A stretch of DNA of 64,000 nt from Raillietiella orientalis (lineage: Eukaryota). The stretch lies in contig JAYWIR010000029.1 in the NCBI GenBank assembly GCA_036172245.1, positions 1,798,001-1,862,000 on the forward strand, written 5' to 3'. The notes beneath the pieces are model-generated. The model was given only the letters and a program-made list of their open reading frames with translations. It had not been told where the DNA came from and ran no database searches. Shown piece by piece: positions 50,515-64,000 of this stretch (within the stretch, counting starts at the first letter, position 1; the number at the start of each line of letters is the position of its first letter). Both the position numbers and the translations under genes were made by a program.

Positions 50515-50806
50515 ATCATCCTAAGGTAATGATACCCCTATAACTTCGCTACTGGCCTTGAAAAAAAGAAAGAAACGCGCGCGAACGCTTTGGCTACTCT
50601 GTGCTGCGAAAATAGCGCGAAGATGTAACTTTATTTTTTTTGGAGCCAGGGGTGGGCGCCCTTGGCTGGTACGTGCTCATTCCTGTTGGGGCGGGTGGAC
50701 TCCACCTCCTGCATTGAGGGTCCGCTTGTCGTCCGGGACGCGGAACGGGCTGATGGATGACTCGCATTTTTTTCTCGAGTCCGAAGGGCCAACTCGTGGG
50801 GAAGGG

Positions 50807-51186
50807 TTGACATCCGGTCACGCAGGGCGTATATTTATGAAAAATAAACATACATCGGTGGTAGGACGTTTCGTCCTGCCACGTCACTTACGAATACGAT
50901 AAGGAACCTGCCAAGATTTGGCACGCAGGCCAGCGGGGTCGCCTCGGCGGCACAGAGGAAGGGGATACAAACAAAAAGAAAAATAAAAGGAAAAATACAA
51001 AAAGAGAAAAGTGGTGGGTTCGGGAAGGGATCACTGCGTGCTGGAGGGTGTCCTCTGCGTCCTTGTGAGAATGTCGGCAAGTTCCCGTTTTACTGTTCCC
51101 AAATGGGGTCATCTTGACGCTGTCCTCAGAAACAGCACCGCAAAATACATGGCGTCCCTGTCGTTCTGTCATCCTCATGTAGAAGG
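50807..51186 (-). mobile_element. L6: ~380-bp 5'-truncated LINE 3' end with a degenerate 16-bp TSD
   Basis: AACTCGTGGGGAAGGG (50791-50806) versus AACACGTGTGGAAGGG (51187-51202), 14/16 identical. The body matches L1 26350-26734. Confidence 0.82.
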
Positions 51187-51234
51187 AACACGTGTGGAAG
51201 GGCGGGCAGCACAACGGGACCAGCCATGCGTTTT

Positions 51235-51295
51235 AATACAGTGGCGCCGGGACGTCTGTTTAAACAAATAAACATACAAATCACTGGGAACTGAC
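51235..51295 (-). mobile_element. L7: tiny remnant of the LINE 3' terminus
   Basis: Minus strand CAGTTCCCAG...TTGTATGTTTATTT...CCCGGCGCCAC resembles the L4 terminus. Confidence 0.5.
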
Positions 51296-54200
51296 TTGTG
51301 TGTTTATTTATTTGTGTTCTGGGAACTGGGAGCTTGACAATAAAACGTTCAAACACATAGTGTGATCGTGTGTACCTGGTGCTTCCTCTGGATGATGCTG
51401 CCCAGAAAAGACCGGAAGTTCCCAGAAAGCAAGGAGAAGAGGAAGGAGACCAGGATTCATGGCAGAGCCCGATCAGATCGCATCAGCAAGCAGAGTTCGA
51501 GGGAGAGGGGGCGGCATTTCCGGGGGGGGCGACTGTGGAGACAATGACGACGGGCAAGACCAGGGGTACCACGTGGACGTCCTGACTGGCTGCCAGCCCA
51601 GCCCACGGACTCGCGACGTTCCCTCGAGCTGCGAAGAGCCGGAAGCGACCCATGGACCGAGCAGCGGCTGGCAATGAGCTGGCGACCAGCCCGGCCAGAT
51701 CGTGGTAGGAAATGCAAAGGGAAACAAAAACAAAAAATAGGAGCATTCTATTTCCTCGGGAATTACCAGAAATTATCTCCAAAGGTGCCAGCACGGCTGA
51801 GGATCGCGAAGAGTTGGTTCCCTGCTCCGCCCGCCAGATTTCTCGAACGATGACAAAAGACGATTGTGAAAATTTGTGAAGACGAGCAAAAAATCTGAAC
51901 TTTCAACTGCGGTGAGAAATGCAGTGGACCACAATTCGAAGTCAGCGAAGCGGATGTCCTCGAAGGGAACTCACGTCGACCATAAATCACTTCGCATCCC
52001 ACTCGAAGCTGAAGTGGGTTGCGCCTGCGACCGTTCAGACATATCCCGAGACCGTGCTGAAAAAGAGCTGCACCAGAGGATTCACCTCGAATTTAGGCTT
52101 CCGATACAGTGGTTTAGAAGCCCACGCTCTCTACATGTGAACGAAAACAGTCAGGGAGCAATATCTCTGCCATCTTTTCTCGGAGACTGGCGAACCATAT
52201 CTGCTGTCTCAAATACTCCCTGAGCACTCCCGTTCCACGAGTTCGACTTTGCTTTATAGATTTTAAACGATGTGCGCTCGTGTTTTTGGTTCTTATCAAG
52301 ATGGAATGAGAATGCACTTGACAAAGCTTCAGGCCTGGCTACGTCAACGTAAGCAGGCATCGCAGACGGAAGAAAAAATCAATGCAGCTTGCAGACGATT
52401 CCCGAGAGTGAGCGAACGCACAGAATGGTCGGCTTGCTTTCATGGGCCATTGCGATTTGGGGATTTCCGTATGGGGTGTGTGCTCTGCAGGCATCTCAGT
52501 TCGAACGGGAGCTAAAAAGTTTGGTCCAGAAGTTGACTGGAGCCACACTACCGTTCAACAAAATTACAGACACACGCGGCCGTATTATTGACCCATCCCA
52601 AAAACGGAAAGTGAGTTCACCAAAAGCGAATTTTTTTTTTTTTTTTTCCATGTACGTGTAAATCCTAAGTGCAGGGGAAAACTCGAGATTCCTCCACGTC
52701 ACTAGCTATTTGATCCTGCTTCAAAACCACGTGGGATTTGAAAACAAATGTCAAGACGGAAAGCACTGCAGACCTCAGGATCTTTTCGTCGCGGTTTGCT
52801 AGGAGGACACAGGCAGCCACCACCTGAGAAATGCTCTAGCAGTTTCGAACGTTGGGGTGATGCTGAACGCTTCTCAGTTGCAGAGTAGATGGTTTCCGGA
52901 AGCCCTGGCTCATAGGAGCGTGCTAAGCCAATTGCATTGTATTGTTCTCGGCGTGGACCCCAGTGATCTTCAGCTGGTCAGAATTGTAGGTCTCTTGCAT
53001 GGGGATGTAATTGCTGGGAACCATCTGCAAACCTGTTATTTTGTGTAAGAAACAAAAGGTTGTTCAGAGTTATGGAAATAATGTAAAGGCGATTAACAAA
53101 CCAGTTACTTTCAGAAAAAGGGGAACCCAATCACTGTGAGATAAATCAATCCCAATGGGAAAGGATCCGTCACATTTAGTGCAAATTATTATTCCTCCAC
53201 AAGTCGATGGAGAGCATAAATGATCACTGAGCTTCTTGTAAGTGAGGAATGGTCATATGATTGCATGATTCCACATCTACTGCGTGAGCAAAGTAAAGAA
53301 ACATTCGTATGAATCAGAATAAAAGGATGAATTTCATTTAGTTATTCAAGCCAATAAAATAATAGGGTTGATTTGCAGGTCAACACCGAAGACAGAAGTT
53401 TGGAAACCAGAGAAAAGGTTCCTGCAATCAAGTATAGTGAAGCATAATGACCAAGTGCATACTAATGGAGGGCACATTAAAAAACTTAAGCAAGACACTG
53501 CTGATTCAAAAGACTGAGCTGACACCTGTCTATTGGAACAAACCATTCATTTCTCTCTCAATGACATATTGAGCTGGCAGTAAATTGGTGGAAAATTAAA
53601 GTGTCCCGATAGGTGACTGTGAGAAATCAGAATAACCTATCTCCACTGCTCAGAAGATGAGGGAGAATGGACTACTGCACTCTACAGCTCATGCTAAGTA
53701 TACAGAGTACTCCAGGTTAATGTCATCCCTGATTTGGTAGCAAACACGAGGATTCATTTAGCAAATGAAGAACAGTTCGGAATTTGCAAATAGAAAAGCA
53801 GTAGATACAAAAGCTCACGAATCAATGGGGTATACAACAGGTGCTCAAGAAACATTTGATGGGGGGGGGGACAAAAGTTGCTATAAAAAGGAAATGAATT
53901 CTACATTGATGAAAGATTGGATTAACGGAGAAATGATATAGATATATATATGAACGTAGGTAAGACAGAAGAAGTGAATGGAACCACGTGAGGCGTCTTA
54001 GATGCCATGATACGAATAAGTGGAAATTAGTGGAAGGCAGGAATCATTGTGAGGACAGAGATAATGTGCAGTCGATAAAAAACAGGAACAGGTCTAAGGA
54101 CGAAAAGATTAATCAAGATGGAAGACGGTCTGATGGACACATGTAAGCCTCAGCAGTGGAAGAGCAAATCACGGAAACACAAACAGTTCGATATTCATGG

Positions 54201-57200
54201 AGCAGAGAAGCAAATAAGATACAAATGAACCGAAATCATCGGAAAATCAGGTACACGTGAAGATGAGCGTCACTACAAACCAGTTGAATATAGTTAATGT
54301 AGATGCAGAGGATTTTAGACGAACAGAAGACATATAACCGTGCACATCCACGGAAGATCTAGATGATTTACCGATTCTTACGAGGCAGACATAATGATGC
54401 AAACACAGGTCATTCGAAAATCCACCCAAGACGCATTCTTCGTGATTCTGAAGACGCGGCGCGATTCCTCATCAACAGAAGACAGATGTAAGAATTCCCA
54501 CATAGGTGACTCCAAATCTACAAGATTTGAAAGTCGACGGAAATCGGGGATAATTTCGAGGAGCTAGATAATTCGACTCAACGGGATACAACGGCAAAGT
54601 ATCAAAAATACAGGTGCACTTGGATCCGAGTACCCAAAATCCCCAGGAAATACACATACCGATGAACACAGCATATTCAGGATTGATGAAGGAGCTGCTG
54701 GATAATTATCAGTATGCAAATGGTTTGAAAACCATGGGAATTGGATGTGGCTTCGAAGGTGTAGATACATGGAAGGTAACACACAATTATGTGGAGACAA
54801 GCGATTGGAGATCGGCAAAATTCAGATGCAGATGCAACGACGCAGGTACTTCACTGCCGGCGGAAGATGAGCATCACTCGGAGAAATGCCAATCGTGAGA
54901 TGAACCGAACACCTGAGTGTGGCGAACACGCAAGGGTTTCAAAATCAGCAGAAAGCGGAGAATCGAGAAGATACGATCGCGAACACATGGAAGACATATG
55001 TGGTTGTGAAGACGCAGATATTTCGAATGCATAGATCTGAGATCAAAGCAAACTAAAATAAATATGAGAAACTTAGGTGGTCGAAAAGGCACAAGAGGAT
55101 GAATATATTCACAAAGACAGAGACGATCCGAAGTAGCCGAATCAGCTGGGACGATTATATGTACGACTTTCAATGAGTAAAGCATACATTAATAATTAAA
55201 GACAATCACTAATAAGAGAGTCTTGCTGGAGATGCCAGCGATCATCGGGACAAAGACGGTGAACTTGAAGATGAGTCAAACCTATTCACAGATGAATTGC
55301 GATGGCTTTCTATTGAAAACAGATGCAATTGCTCGGACATCGATGACCCCAAAAATCGGCACTACCCAAAGATTGAAGGATTCAAAGGATTCCGAGTCCA
55401 CTGAAGATACAAATTACGGACAGGTCCATAGATGATTTGGCGTTCAGCACACAGATTGGGAGCACACATCAAAATCTGGACATTTGTATGAAAGTAATGA
55501 GTTTGCAATTCCTGAACGCAGAAGTTTCCCACTTGGTAGGAGACTGGTGATTTCGCTAATGAGTGTGTCATAAAAGATATAGATAATTTTGAAATCGATG
55601 AGAAAATGCATTAACACCTCAGGATGACGGTGGGAGTCTCTGGAGACGTGTGGGATGGAGAACCTCAGAGGAGCACATCTTATGTATGCTGCTTGCTGGT
55701 ATTTCTTCCATTTTGGATTCTGTAAGCAAGTTGATGCGAATCAAGGAGCATTTGTCAAGCACCAGAAATTGAATACATTTCTCGCGCAGAGTTTGGCCAC
55801 AGTCAATGGTGAAAGAGAAACGAGCGATCAATAGCCCATCAAGTTTGATAGAGTGAACACTAGTGAGCTTGCTATTCGTAGTTTCCCAGGTAAGGAAGAA
55901 GCTCCGAAACAACAGAAAAAAACCAGCTGAAGTTACTGCAATTGGTATCATCATATTCCCAGTAATCGCAGGGTAACAGAGCCCTGTGGGTAACAGATTT
56001 AGAGGCGATGCGTTTGTCTTGACCAGTATGTACAAAAAACAAGAGGTTGAAAATGTCTTCGTAATCCTGGTCAACTGGGCTAAAAAAAAAAAGACGAAAA
56101 TTCCTAGTTGTGATGATTGAAGCAGGAATATTGTAGCTTTAGTAGTAGCAGCATTTATATTACGAACGTTTAACACAGTGAACAGACTAAATCGGATGCA
56201 GGAAAATGGCAAAACATGGACTCCCTTAAGTTTTGATCGAACATTCCAGGAATATTTCATTTATTCCATTTTGATTTGCACTTCCATGCGAAGAAATCAA
56301 TTGGGCGAATCGTAACATTTTCACAAGCCCACAATCGTTTCAAGTCGAATTGTGTTTACCACCTTCATGGAACACCTCATAGAACGTAGAACTGTGCATC
56401 ATCTTAAAACTCAGTGGTCCACTAGGATTTCCCAAAGTATTACAAAACTATTTTCTCATATCCCTCATTGCACACAATCATGGCATTTGTTTGATAACAT
56501 AGAACAAAAAGAATAATTCTGCAGAGGAACCAGTTTTACTCGGTTCCAAGACTCATTTACCTTGAAGGCAGCATTGGTCTCCATTGTGGCAATGATTCTT
56601 TGATGTTTTCAGAATTTGCAAAGATTGCTTTTCAGAATCGAAACTATGTTCTGTGAATTTCATTTCTTTTGTTAATCTTGAGAGCTGGGAGGTTTTAACA
56701 TTTTTCATTACTCCATAAGTTTGTTCAGACTAACTAATAGATCTGATTAGACAATTTCTAGGAGCATACGGACACTAAGATTCATACAATATGCATTAGT
56801 CACTGCTGCTTGACAAGATTCGACTATAACAAGGATGCTGTGTTGAAAAACACAAGGTTTCTATGTAGAGAAGACAGTTAGTTATAAGGCATCAATATTA
56901 AGGTGTTGTGACCAAAAATATGCTAAAGGTAAGCTAATGGCAAACATCGAGGAATTTAAACATACAGAATCAAGGATGGTCTTGGAGGTGTTCTAGAAGG
57001 ACAATAAGCAAAACTAAGTAGTTCAATGCCTCAAACTGATAAACTATAAATAGAAGAATGAAAAAAAATTAACATATAAATTTGTAGCATAATTGACACT
57101 TTTCATGGGAAGGATTTCAAGCCCCAATTAGTAATTTTTTTTTTTTTTTCTTAAATGATACTTTTCATGAACAAACCACAGCTGTTACTTTTGGTTCTTT

Positions 57201-57384
57201 GAACAAAAGTCATTAGAATCTGCAATTTTAAAATAAATGAAATTCAAGTGTGCTTCATAAAAATGGGATTTTAAAATAAATTTAGGAACAAATGTGTAAA
57301 AAACATTAAAAACACAAACACTGGTCACACCCAACCATGAAGTTATAGTTATTTACTATATTTCAAAGATATGAAAACTGCAAA

Positions 57385-59119
57385 TCAATTGGATGACAAC
57401 TTGACGAGCATATCTGAAAGAACAGCATAAATACCAGCATACAGAAAACTGCTCACCAGTGAGAAAGTTTATAATCTCCTTGACGTAATCTTGAGAATTA
57501 GCATCAGGACGAAGACCTGGATGAAGATACAACTCAAAAGTAGGTCCATATATGGAAAAATACTGATAAATATGAAATTCTGTAACCAGTTATGCTTTAC
57601 TTCATGCTCTGGAATATCTACAGGTAGATCAGTTATGCCCACAGCCAAAGAAGTTAAATATGTCCAGAGACGTGCAGCATTGGCATTTTGGTAACCTCCT
57701 ACCAACACACTTTGTACCTCTTATAACTTAAGAAAAAACACAACTCACCTCCACCAAGCAGTAAAGTTGGCATCTGCCACTGAAGTATCTGTTGCACACA
57801 AGTACCAAAACCTGCAAGAGTTAAATTGAAAGAGTCCACAGGATCACCCACTAAACCATCTGCTCCACACTGACATACAACAGCATCAAACTTAAAATGG
57901 GAATGGATACTCTTTGCAATCCTAGAATTCTTTTAATTAATGCTTTAGTAATCATTTAGTAACCATACTTTGAGAAAATAAAACTCAATGTCTCATCCTT
58001 CAGACCTTCCTTGAGAGGGACATTGAGAGCACAATATTTTCCTTTGCCTGATCCTAATTCATGCAAACTTCCACTTCCAGGAAAGAACCCAGGTTCAAAA
58101 AGGTGTATAGAGAATGTCATGATTCGATTGCTGAATTCAAAAGCATTTTGCACTCCATCACCTTTGATAAATTACATCTACTTGTGGAAAACATTTCTCA
58201 CCATGATGTATATCCAAATCAATGTACAGAATCTTAGCAAATCGTTTCTGCAGCCTATCTATGGCCAGAACAATATCATTGATGTAACAGAAGCCTGAAG
58301 CATGATCCCTAAAATAAGATAACTCTCCAGCAATCCTAAAAAAAGTAACCTTTGTGCATGATGCCATCCTCCCATCCAATTTATGGCAATATCAGCTCCA
58401 TTTAACAAGGCATCAGCAGCAGTTAGAGATCCTCCAGCCAGATAACAGACTATCTCAAACAGGTTATCAATGATAGGACAGTCAAATTCTACAGCAGATA
58501 CATACAATCAAATTGCCACGAAAAAAAATACTTTACCTAGATTGAAATCTTCATTTTCATGTGGAGAACTTTTAGAAGACAGGGTTGAGAGATATTCAAC
58601 GTAAGAAGTCGCATGAAAGCAAGTAAGATCTGATTCCCTTGCTGCTATGCATGGAACAACATTCAATCTCTCCAACAACCCATACGCTGCTATTAAGGAA
58701 TGTACAGTTGATGCCTAAATCAATATTTCTAGATAAAATAACATGAATAAGAAAATATTCATATTTTTTTTCTATATTTTTAAAACCAAATTATTACAAA
58801 CACATATTATGGATAGCGATATGAATTGTTCCAATTTTCATTGACATGGCAATTTCTAAATCTGAACAAAATATTTCCAATTAAATATTTCACTGGGTTT
58901 CTCTTGAGACACATGCAATCCACATAATTAGTAAGTAATAGGTCCTTGTAACTGTAAACAGATTAATTAAAAAAATCCATACTAATATTCGGTTGATAAA
59001 TATGCACATTTGTAATACGCTACACAAAAAGAAAGTTTGCTCACTCTTTTGTGAAACTTCGGAAGGCGATCAACATAAGAGACGAAAGTTTCGTCAAATA
59101 CGTAGGTGACCTTTTTCAT
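57385..59119 (-). CDS. HDAC8: Histone deacetylase 8 (class I), 365 aa; exons 59119-59045, 58714-58537, 58488-58350, 58308-58202, 58161-57969, 57921-57749, 57698-57601, 57562-57457, 57413-57385
   Basis: Eight GT-AG introns give a 1098-nt open CDS. Motifs: [115 protein letters not shown] and RAS are HDAC8-like. Catalytic and Zn-binding residues are intact. Confidence 0.95.
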
Positions 59120-62100
59120 TTTGAAAGACTGCTTACACTTTGAGAATGGTTTTTTATACCCATATATTTTTTTCCTGATGGGGCTCTAAATGTTTTTGCC
59201 TTGTGCTAGTTTAAACCCATGAGAAACACTTCCGAAGGTTTTGAGGTGAAGTCCTCTACGGTTTCTCCCTCTTTGAAATGTCGTGCAAATTATCAAACCA
59301 GTTTTGTAACATAATTATTCAGAGTCCGTGTGTATAAACTAATAGAGTCCCCAATTTATGAACCATTATCCATGTTTTCTGCTACCACTTTCCGAAATAC
59401 TTTTTGACCACGGTAACCGCTGGTCGGAAAGCGAATATCGCGCTTAACACAACGACAGTTCTCCCATATTATATTATATCAGCCTATTTATTTTTGAAAA
59501 TAAATACTTCTCATGAATTCTTTACCTCATGTTCATAGCCAATGGGATTTTGAAAATTGAGCGATTAGATTAAAATAGGAAAATCTTTAAATTCTTCCTT
59601 AAGACTCCGAAGAATGGTTGTTAAGATACATATTGTGCATTGTATGACGCTAAGACTCACGTAATGATGTTAGCTATTATTAGTTAACTAACATATTCTA
59701 TTACTGATTCATCATTCTCACTCTCCGGACCATACAGCAAATATTCCAGATTTAGCTTAGATGTTGCCCCTGACAACAGTTTTTGGAATCTCGTTTGCTT
59801 CTAGAAAAAACATGTTTGTTACTTAATCAGTGTGCATTCTGTTGAGCAACGAATAAGCTCCAGAGTCGAAATAAATTTGTTCTTGTATTGCAAACCATAG
59901 TGATCAAATTCCATAGTATAAAGAACAGTCTAAAATGTACTGAGATTGAAGTCATTACACAGATCTCCCTGTGTGCCACGTTCGTTCGGCTACATAATTA
60001 TGTCCAAAGAACGTGGTTCTTTGTGATCTATTCACGCGACTTTACTTAAAGAAATCTGAATAAAAATAATAAATCACTTCAGGTTAACTGAGAACTCCTC
60101 TGCTTAGGTGGCACGGAACTTTTGTTAATAAATGTGTTGATGGTTTGCATTAGCCTGTGGGATTGTCAGAAAACAATTCAATTTGTCTCACATGCACTTA
60201 CTGGCTACATGAAAAAAGCCATGGCTCTTCCAGAGAAATGGTTAAAACTATATACTTTTTTGGATATAATAAAGCTAAAATCATGGTTCTATTTCGTGCT
60301 TCTCTTAGTTATTTAGCAGGAAATGTAGGTTGCAAACAGGAAGAACTATATCACATCTTCCTAACTTAAACAGCTTGATTTCGTTAAATGGCATTTGAAA
60401 GGTCACAGAAATAGTACAATAACAGCGTTTATTTCTGACTTCGGTGATATTCTAAAGTCCAATGTTCTAAAGCATGAGTCTTCTGAGCAACGATTCAGAA
60501 TAGTTGGACAGCCTCACAAATAGTGATCCCAAACCGCTTTTACGGAATCGAAGGCTTCCACCTGATGGATCATGTCGAAAGGTTCCTACCTTGGAGTGGA
60601 CACGGCTCAAAAATTTAATCAAATCCACATCTTTCGTTCGTACTTGTGAAGTAGAATGTGGAAGGTGTCTATGTAATAACAAAACTTACTATGACGATAA
60701 AGTCGAAAAATAGGAAATCTTTCCGAAAACCCGAATTCTAGATTGATTGAAACACTATCAACTTGATGTAACCAAGTCTAGCGATACAAGTGGAAGTGGA
60801 TCAACATCAGTGTGATGTATAAGCATCTGCTTCGTTTGAATGCAAAAGTGCTATTGCTTCGAGGTATTTGTTCTTTCAGCAGTTTTCTTCACTCATGATA
60901 AAACACGAACCAGGTTTTTTCTGTACCGCCGAATGTCAGGAAGTGCCCCCAGTTCACACTATTCGTTTCGTTTATGATTAGGTGGATAAAGTTATGTACA
61001 TCTTGAAAACAGGCGGAAGATTCTGTAGTGTAGCTGTTGCCAAAGAGCGATGTGTAATTCTTTTTTCATAGCTTAGCACTGCCAATTCTCTTTTCTTTCG
61101 GCTCTCATTGGTGGCAGTTTCAGCCACAGATATGTTTCTTAATATTGCTATCTGCGTTTCGTCTCGAACAAGGTACAAAATTTTAGAACACTCAAGGATG
61201 GAACCTGGAGCCTCCAGGTAATTATTAGCAGCGTGCTGTTTTTTTGCTCCAGGGAATTTCTAATTTTCCAGACTAGCTTTCATTAGACAAGCTTGGAAAC
61301 TCCGGCAGCAGTATACACCTTCACGAACATTCTATTTTTTTGTGTGTTTCTTTTGAAGCATATTTTTTTCCTTCTTTCTTTCATTTTAGTAAGCAAGCGG
61401 TTTTTTTTACCTCTAAAGGTTAAAAAAATGTGGCCTACCAGGAGATTTCTGCAAAAGCTCACACTGTTTATGAATGTACTTTAATCCTAGTGCTGCATGG
61501 CGTAGTTTTAACAGGCTTCAAAACCTGACGATAAAACTGAAAGAAAATTTCCCTCCGTAAGACAGGAAGAGCTGGTTTTTCAACCGCAGACATCCATGGA
61601 GGTGATGCAGTGCACTTGGATATAGGTAACCTCATCTCATAGTGGCAAGGGGTTTCTTCTCTCAATCAATCATTCAGTTCCGAAAAACCTTTGCCAACGG
61701 TCCATGCACTTCTCTTGATCTTCCTTTATGCCGAAATCCCCGTCCCAGCCCTCCCCAACATGAGTTGCTGCAAATTCCCATCCGCAGGAAAGCACTAAGA
61801 GGAAGGAAAATGATTGCTCACGTAGAAGCTTGGAAAGTCTTCGGGGCTGTTGATTTCATGCAATCCAAATCTCATCCCAGCAGCTTTATGCCACGTCTAT
61901 TCTCAGACTCACTTTTACATCTACGAAAAGATCCTTAGTACCCTATCTGAATATGAAAATACGACATATCTACCACAGAATTAATATTTCATGTTCATAT
62001 AGCGAAAGTGAGAAAGTTTTTTGTCCCTCACACAATTAGTTCCGACGTCCACGGATGGAGCTTGCATAAAGGTACCAGGAATAGCATGGACATATGTTGT

Positions 62101-62197
62101 GATATGAGGGAATGAGTGTCAGCGAGTGAAAAAGTAGTCATACTGTCAACCTTGATACTGCATTTCAACAAGGCGAAGATCTATTTGACCAGCGACA

Positions 62198-63900
62198 TTA
62201 TACGTACTTTCGATGTTCCTCGACTGCTTCTTCAATTCTTATGAAGGTTCTAGAACAGGAATTGGAGAGATTGCATAAGGAGGAGGCATTTAAGTATGTT
62301 TTCCCAATTGATGTGTTGCTGTCTGTATTCTCTTTCCCTTCGGATCTCGTTTCTTTCTGTTGATTCTGTCGATAAGTGCTGTCCCAAGACATGCTTGAAG
62401 CTCTTTCGAACCGTCCTGAATCACATGGATTTCCCTTTCTTGTTTTTCTTGCTGTGTTTTCCCTGAGATGTCGGTTTCCTTATCTGTGCTTGACTCCTCC
62501 TATTTATCGGAAATGTCTACTTCATCCTTTGCACCCACGTCTGACTTCCGTAAACTTGTTTCGGTCAGCTCACTACTTCCTGATATTCCAGTAAGAAGTC
62601 TCTGCATCCTGCAAACTCACCAACAGGACCCCTCTACCCCAACAGGATTACTTTGCAGAGAATGAACGTCCTGCAAATCGATGAGTGAATGGATTCGCAC
62701 GATGGCAGTGATGCCCCCAGATCACAAAGGACGTATACTTTCATGACAAAAACACACTTTCATGAGCCACGGCACATATATCCTTTCGTTTGAAGAATGG
62801 AGTGCCTGCGGAGTTCGCGATCCTCCATCTTTTCGTTTAAGTGAAGTTTAGGATAAATTATTGCAAGGTGGAAGAAGTTTTTTTCCTGCTCTCACACTAG
62901 GGAAACTGGTCTCATATTTGAAGCAGAGTAGTTTCGAATTCTACGCATCTTCATCAACCAGCTGGAGCACGATGATGGTTTCGAACCGTTGAGTTTGACG
63001 AATGTCGCGTGCTCGAAGCAGCAGGAGATACCTGATAACTCCACCCTTTTCTTATGACGTCTTTCAGTAAGCTGAACTGATGTTGGTAGATGGGTTCTGA
63101 ACAACTGTTGCATATGTCTTCGCTTTTGCATCATCCCGCATTCTGTTTAGAGGTCACCTTTCCAGAAAGAGAGATCATGGAAACCTACTTCTCTAAAAGG
63201 CTTGCCTTTTGTTATCAAAAATTAGATAAATGTCTCAGACCCAAACTGAACATCTTCTGTGATCCTGCGATGCGACAGTTCTGAGATCTGTATTAAATGC
63301 AAAACAAAGAGAGGTTTCAAGAGTCTTACCCCCTTCACCCCTTCCCTTTCAAAATCCAATGTTTGAAAAATCCTCAGGTTCCCTCAATGCATGAAGAGAT
63401 TTGATGCTGAGAAAACATCGGATCCTTGAAGAGTCTGGACTTTTGTCGAGATTGGAGATAGTTGCTGTTCCTGTTGTTGTTTATATCTCTTAACTAGGAA
63501 GGACTAGATTAGGGAGTCGTCGTGTTTCCTGCGTGTGTGCTTCCTGCTAGAATCTGAGTCCTTAAATCCCTTGTTTTTATTCAGAGAACCTCCATGGAAT
63601 TTGTCGTTTCAGATGAAAGCGCTGGCCGAGGATGATTTCCTGTTCTCACAGATTGACCTTCAGCAGCCCCGTGTCTGGTTGCTTCAGAGTTGATAGGAAA
63701 GTGCCCTCTCAAAGATTCTGAATTTGTAGTCCCACCCACTTTAATCTTTTCCTGACTTGGGCTTTCAGTTTGATTCGTTTCGTGTACATTTTACCTTGCA
63801 CTGTTTTGTTTTCTTTCAGGAGTTTCATCTGGGCTTCCTACAGTCGCTTTCCCAAAGTTCCCAAAACAATCAAGAGAATTACTTTCCTGGAAGCTGGATC
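62198..63900 (-). pseudogene. Possible decayed exons of an S/E/T-rich low-complexity protein
   Basis: Long protein-like frames interrupted by isolated stops (62198-62670; ~63330-63900), with plausible splice signals (TTTGCAG near 62672; GTAAG near 63325). No family recognised. Confidence 0.2.
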
Positions 63901-64000
63901 GGGGTCATCGTTACGTGATCATGAGATCCCGAAGAGATTGCTTTTCGTCGTCTACCAAGGAGAATCTACTTCCGCATGAAAATGAAATTAAAACAGCCCA

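Noticed and set aside
54040..56260. Possible decayed LINE endonuclease (NVQS, LNIVNV) and a 213-aa minus-strand ORF
   Set aside because: Too degenerate to support, and the ORF matches no family I recognise.
1..64000. CRISPR arrays, tRNA/rRNA/snRNA genes, prokaryotic operons, Fanzor/TnpB
   Set aside because: No repeat-spacer periodicity, RNA-gene signature or RuvC motif was noticed. This was a by-eye scan, so short ncRNAs could be missed (an Infernal/Rfam search would be decisive).

Overview
Eukaryotic (invertebrate metazoan-like) genomic DNA with spliceosomal introns. The species cannot be determined from the sequence alone. Three protein-coding genes can be reconstructed by hand: (1) the 3' part of a futsch/MAP1-family gene (+, 1-5775), with a giant acidic exon and a tandemly duplicated exon-end plus GC-AG intron; (2) a type II membrane GH31 MYORG/KIAA1161-like gene (-, 10989-~13789) that appears to lack the catalytic aspartates; (3) a complete 9-exon HDAC8 (-, 57385-59119) with 38-50 nt introns. 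The interval ~22.8-51.3 kb holds many decayed pieces of an L1/Tx1-like non-LTR retrotransposon. There are seven fragments carrying ORF2 and/or the 3' end (L1-L7), and six copies of a second repeat (H1-H6) that is probably the 5'UTR/ORF1 of the same family. The most notable observation is that this element has no poly(A) tail, ends in a conserved TGAC-N5-GTCA hairpin, and has inserted independently at the same site in repeat H at least twice (possibly four times). One of these insertions has a perfect 14-bp TSD, and two empty sites are present. This suggests a sequence-specific, probably self-targeting retroposon. GC content falls strongly from the start to the end of the window. All alignments were made by eye. 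Most ORF-track entries are GC-driven shadow ORFs.
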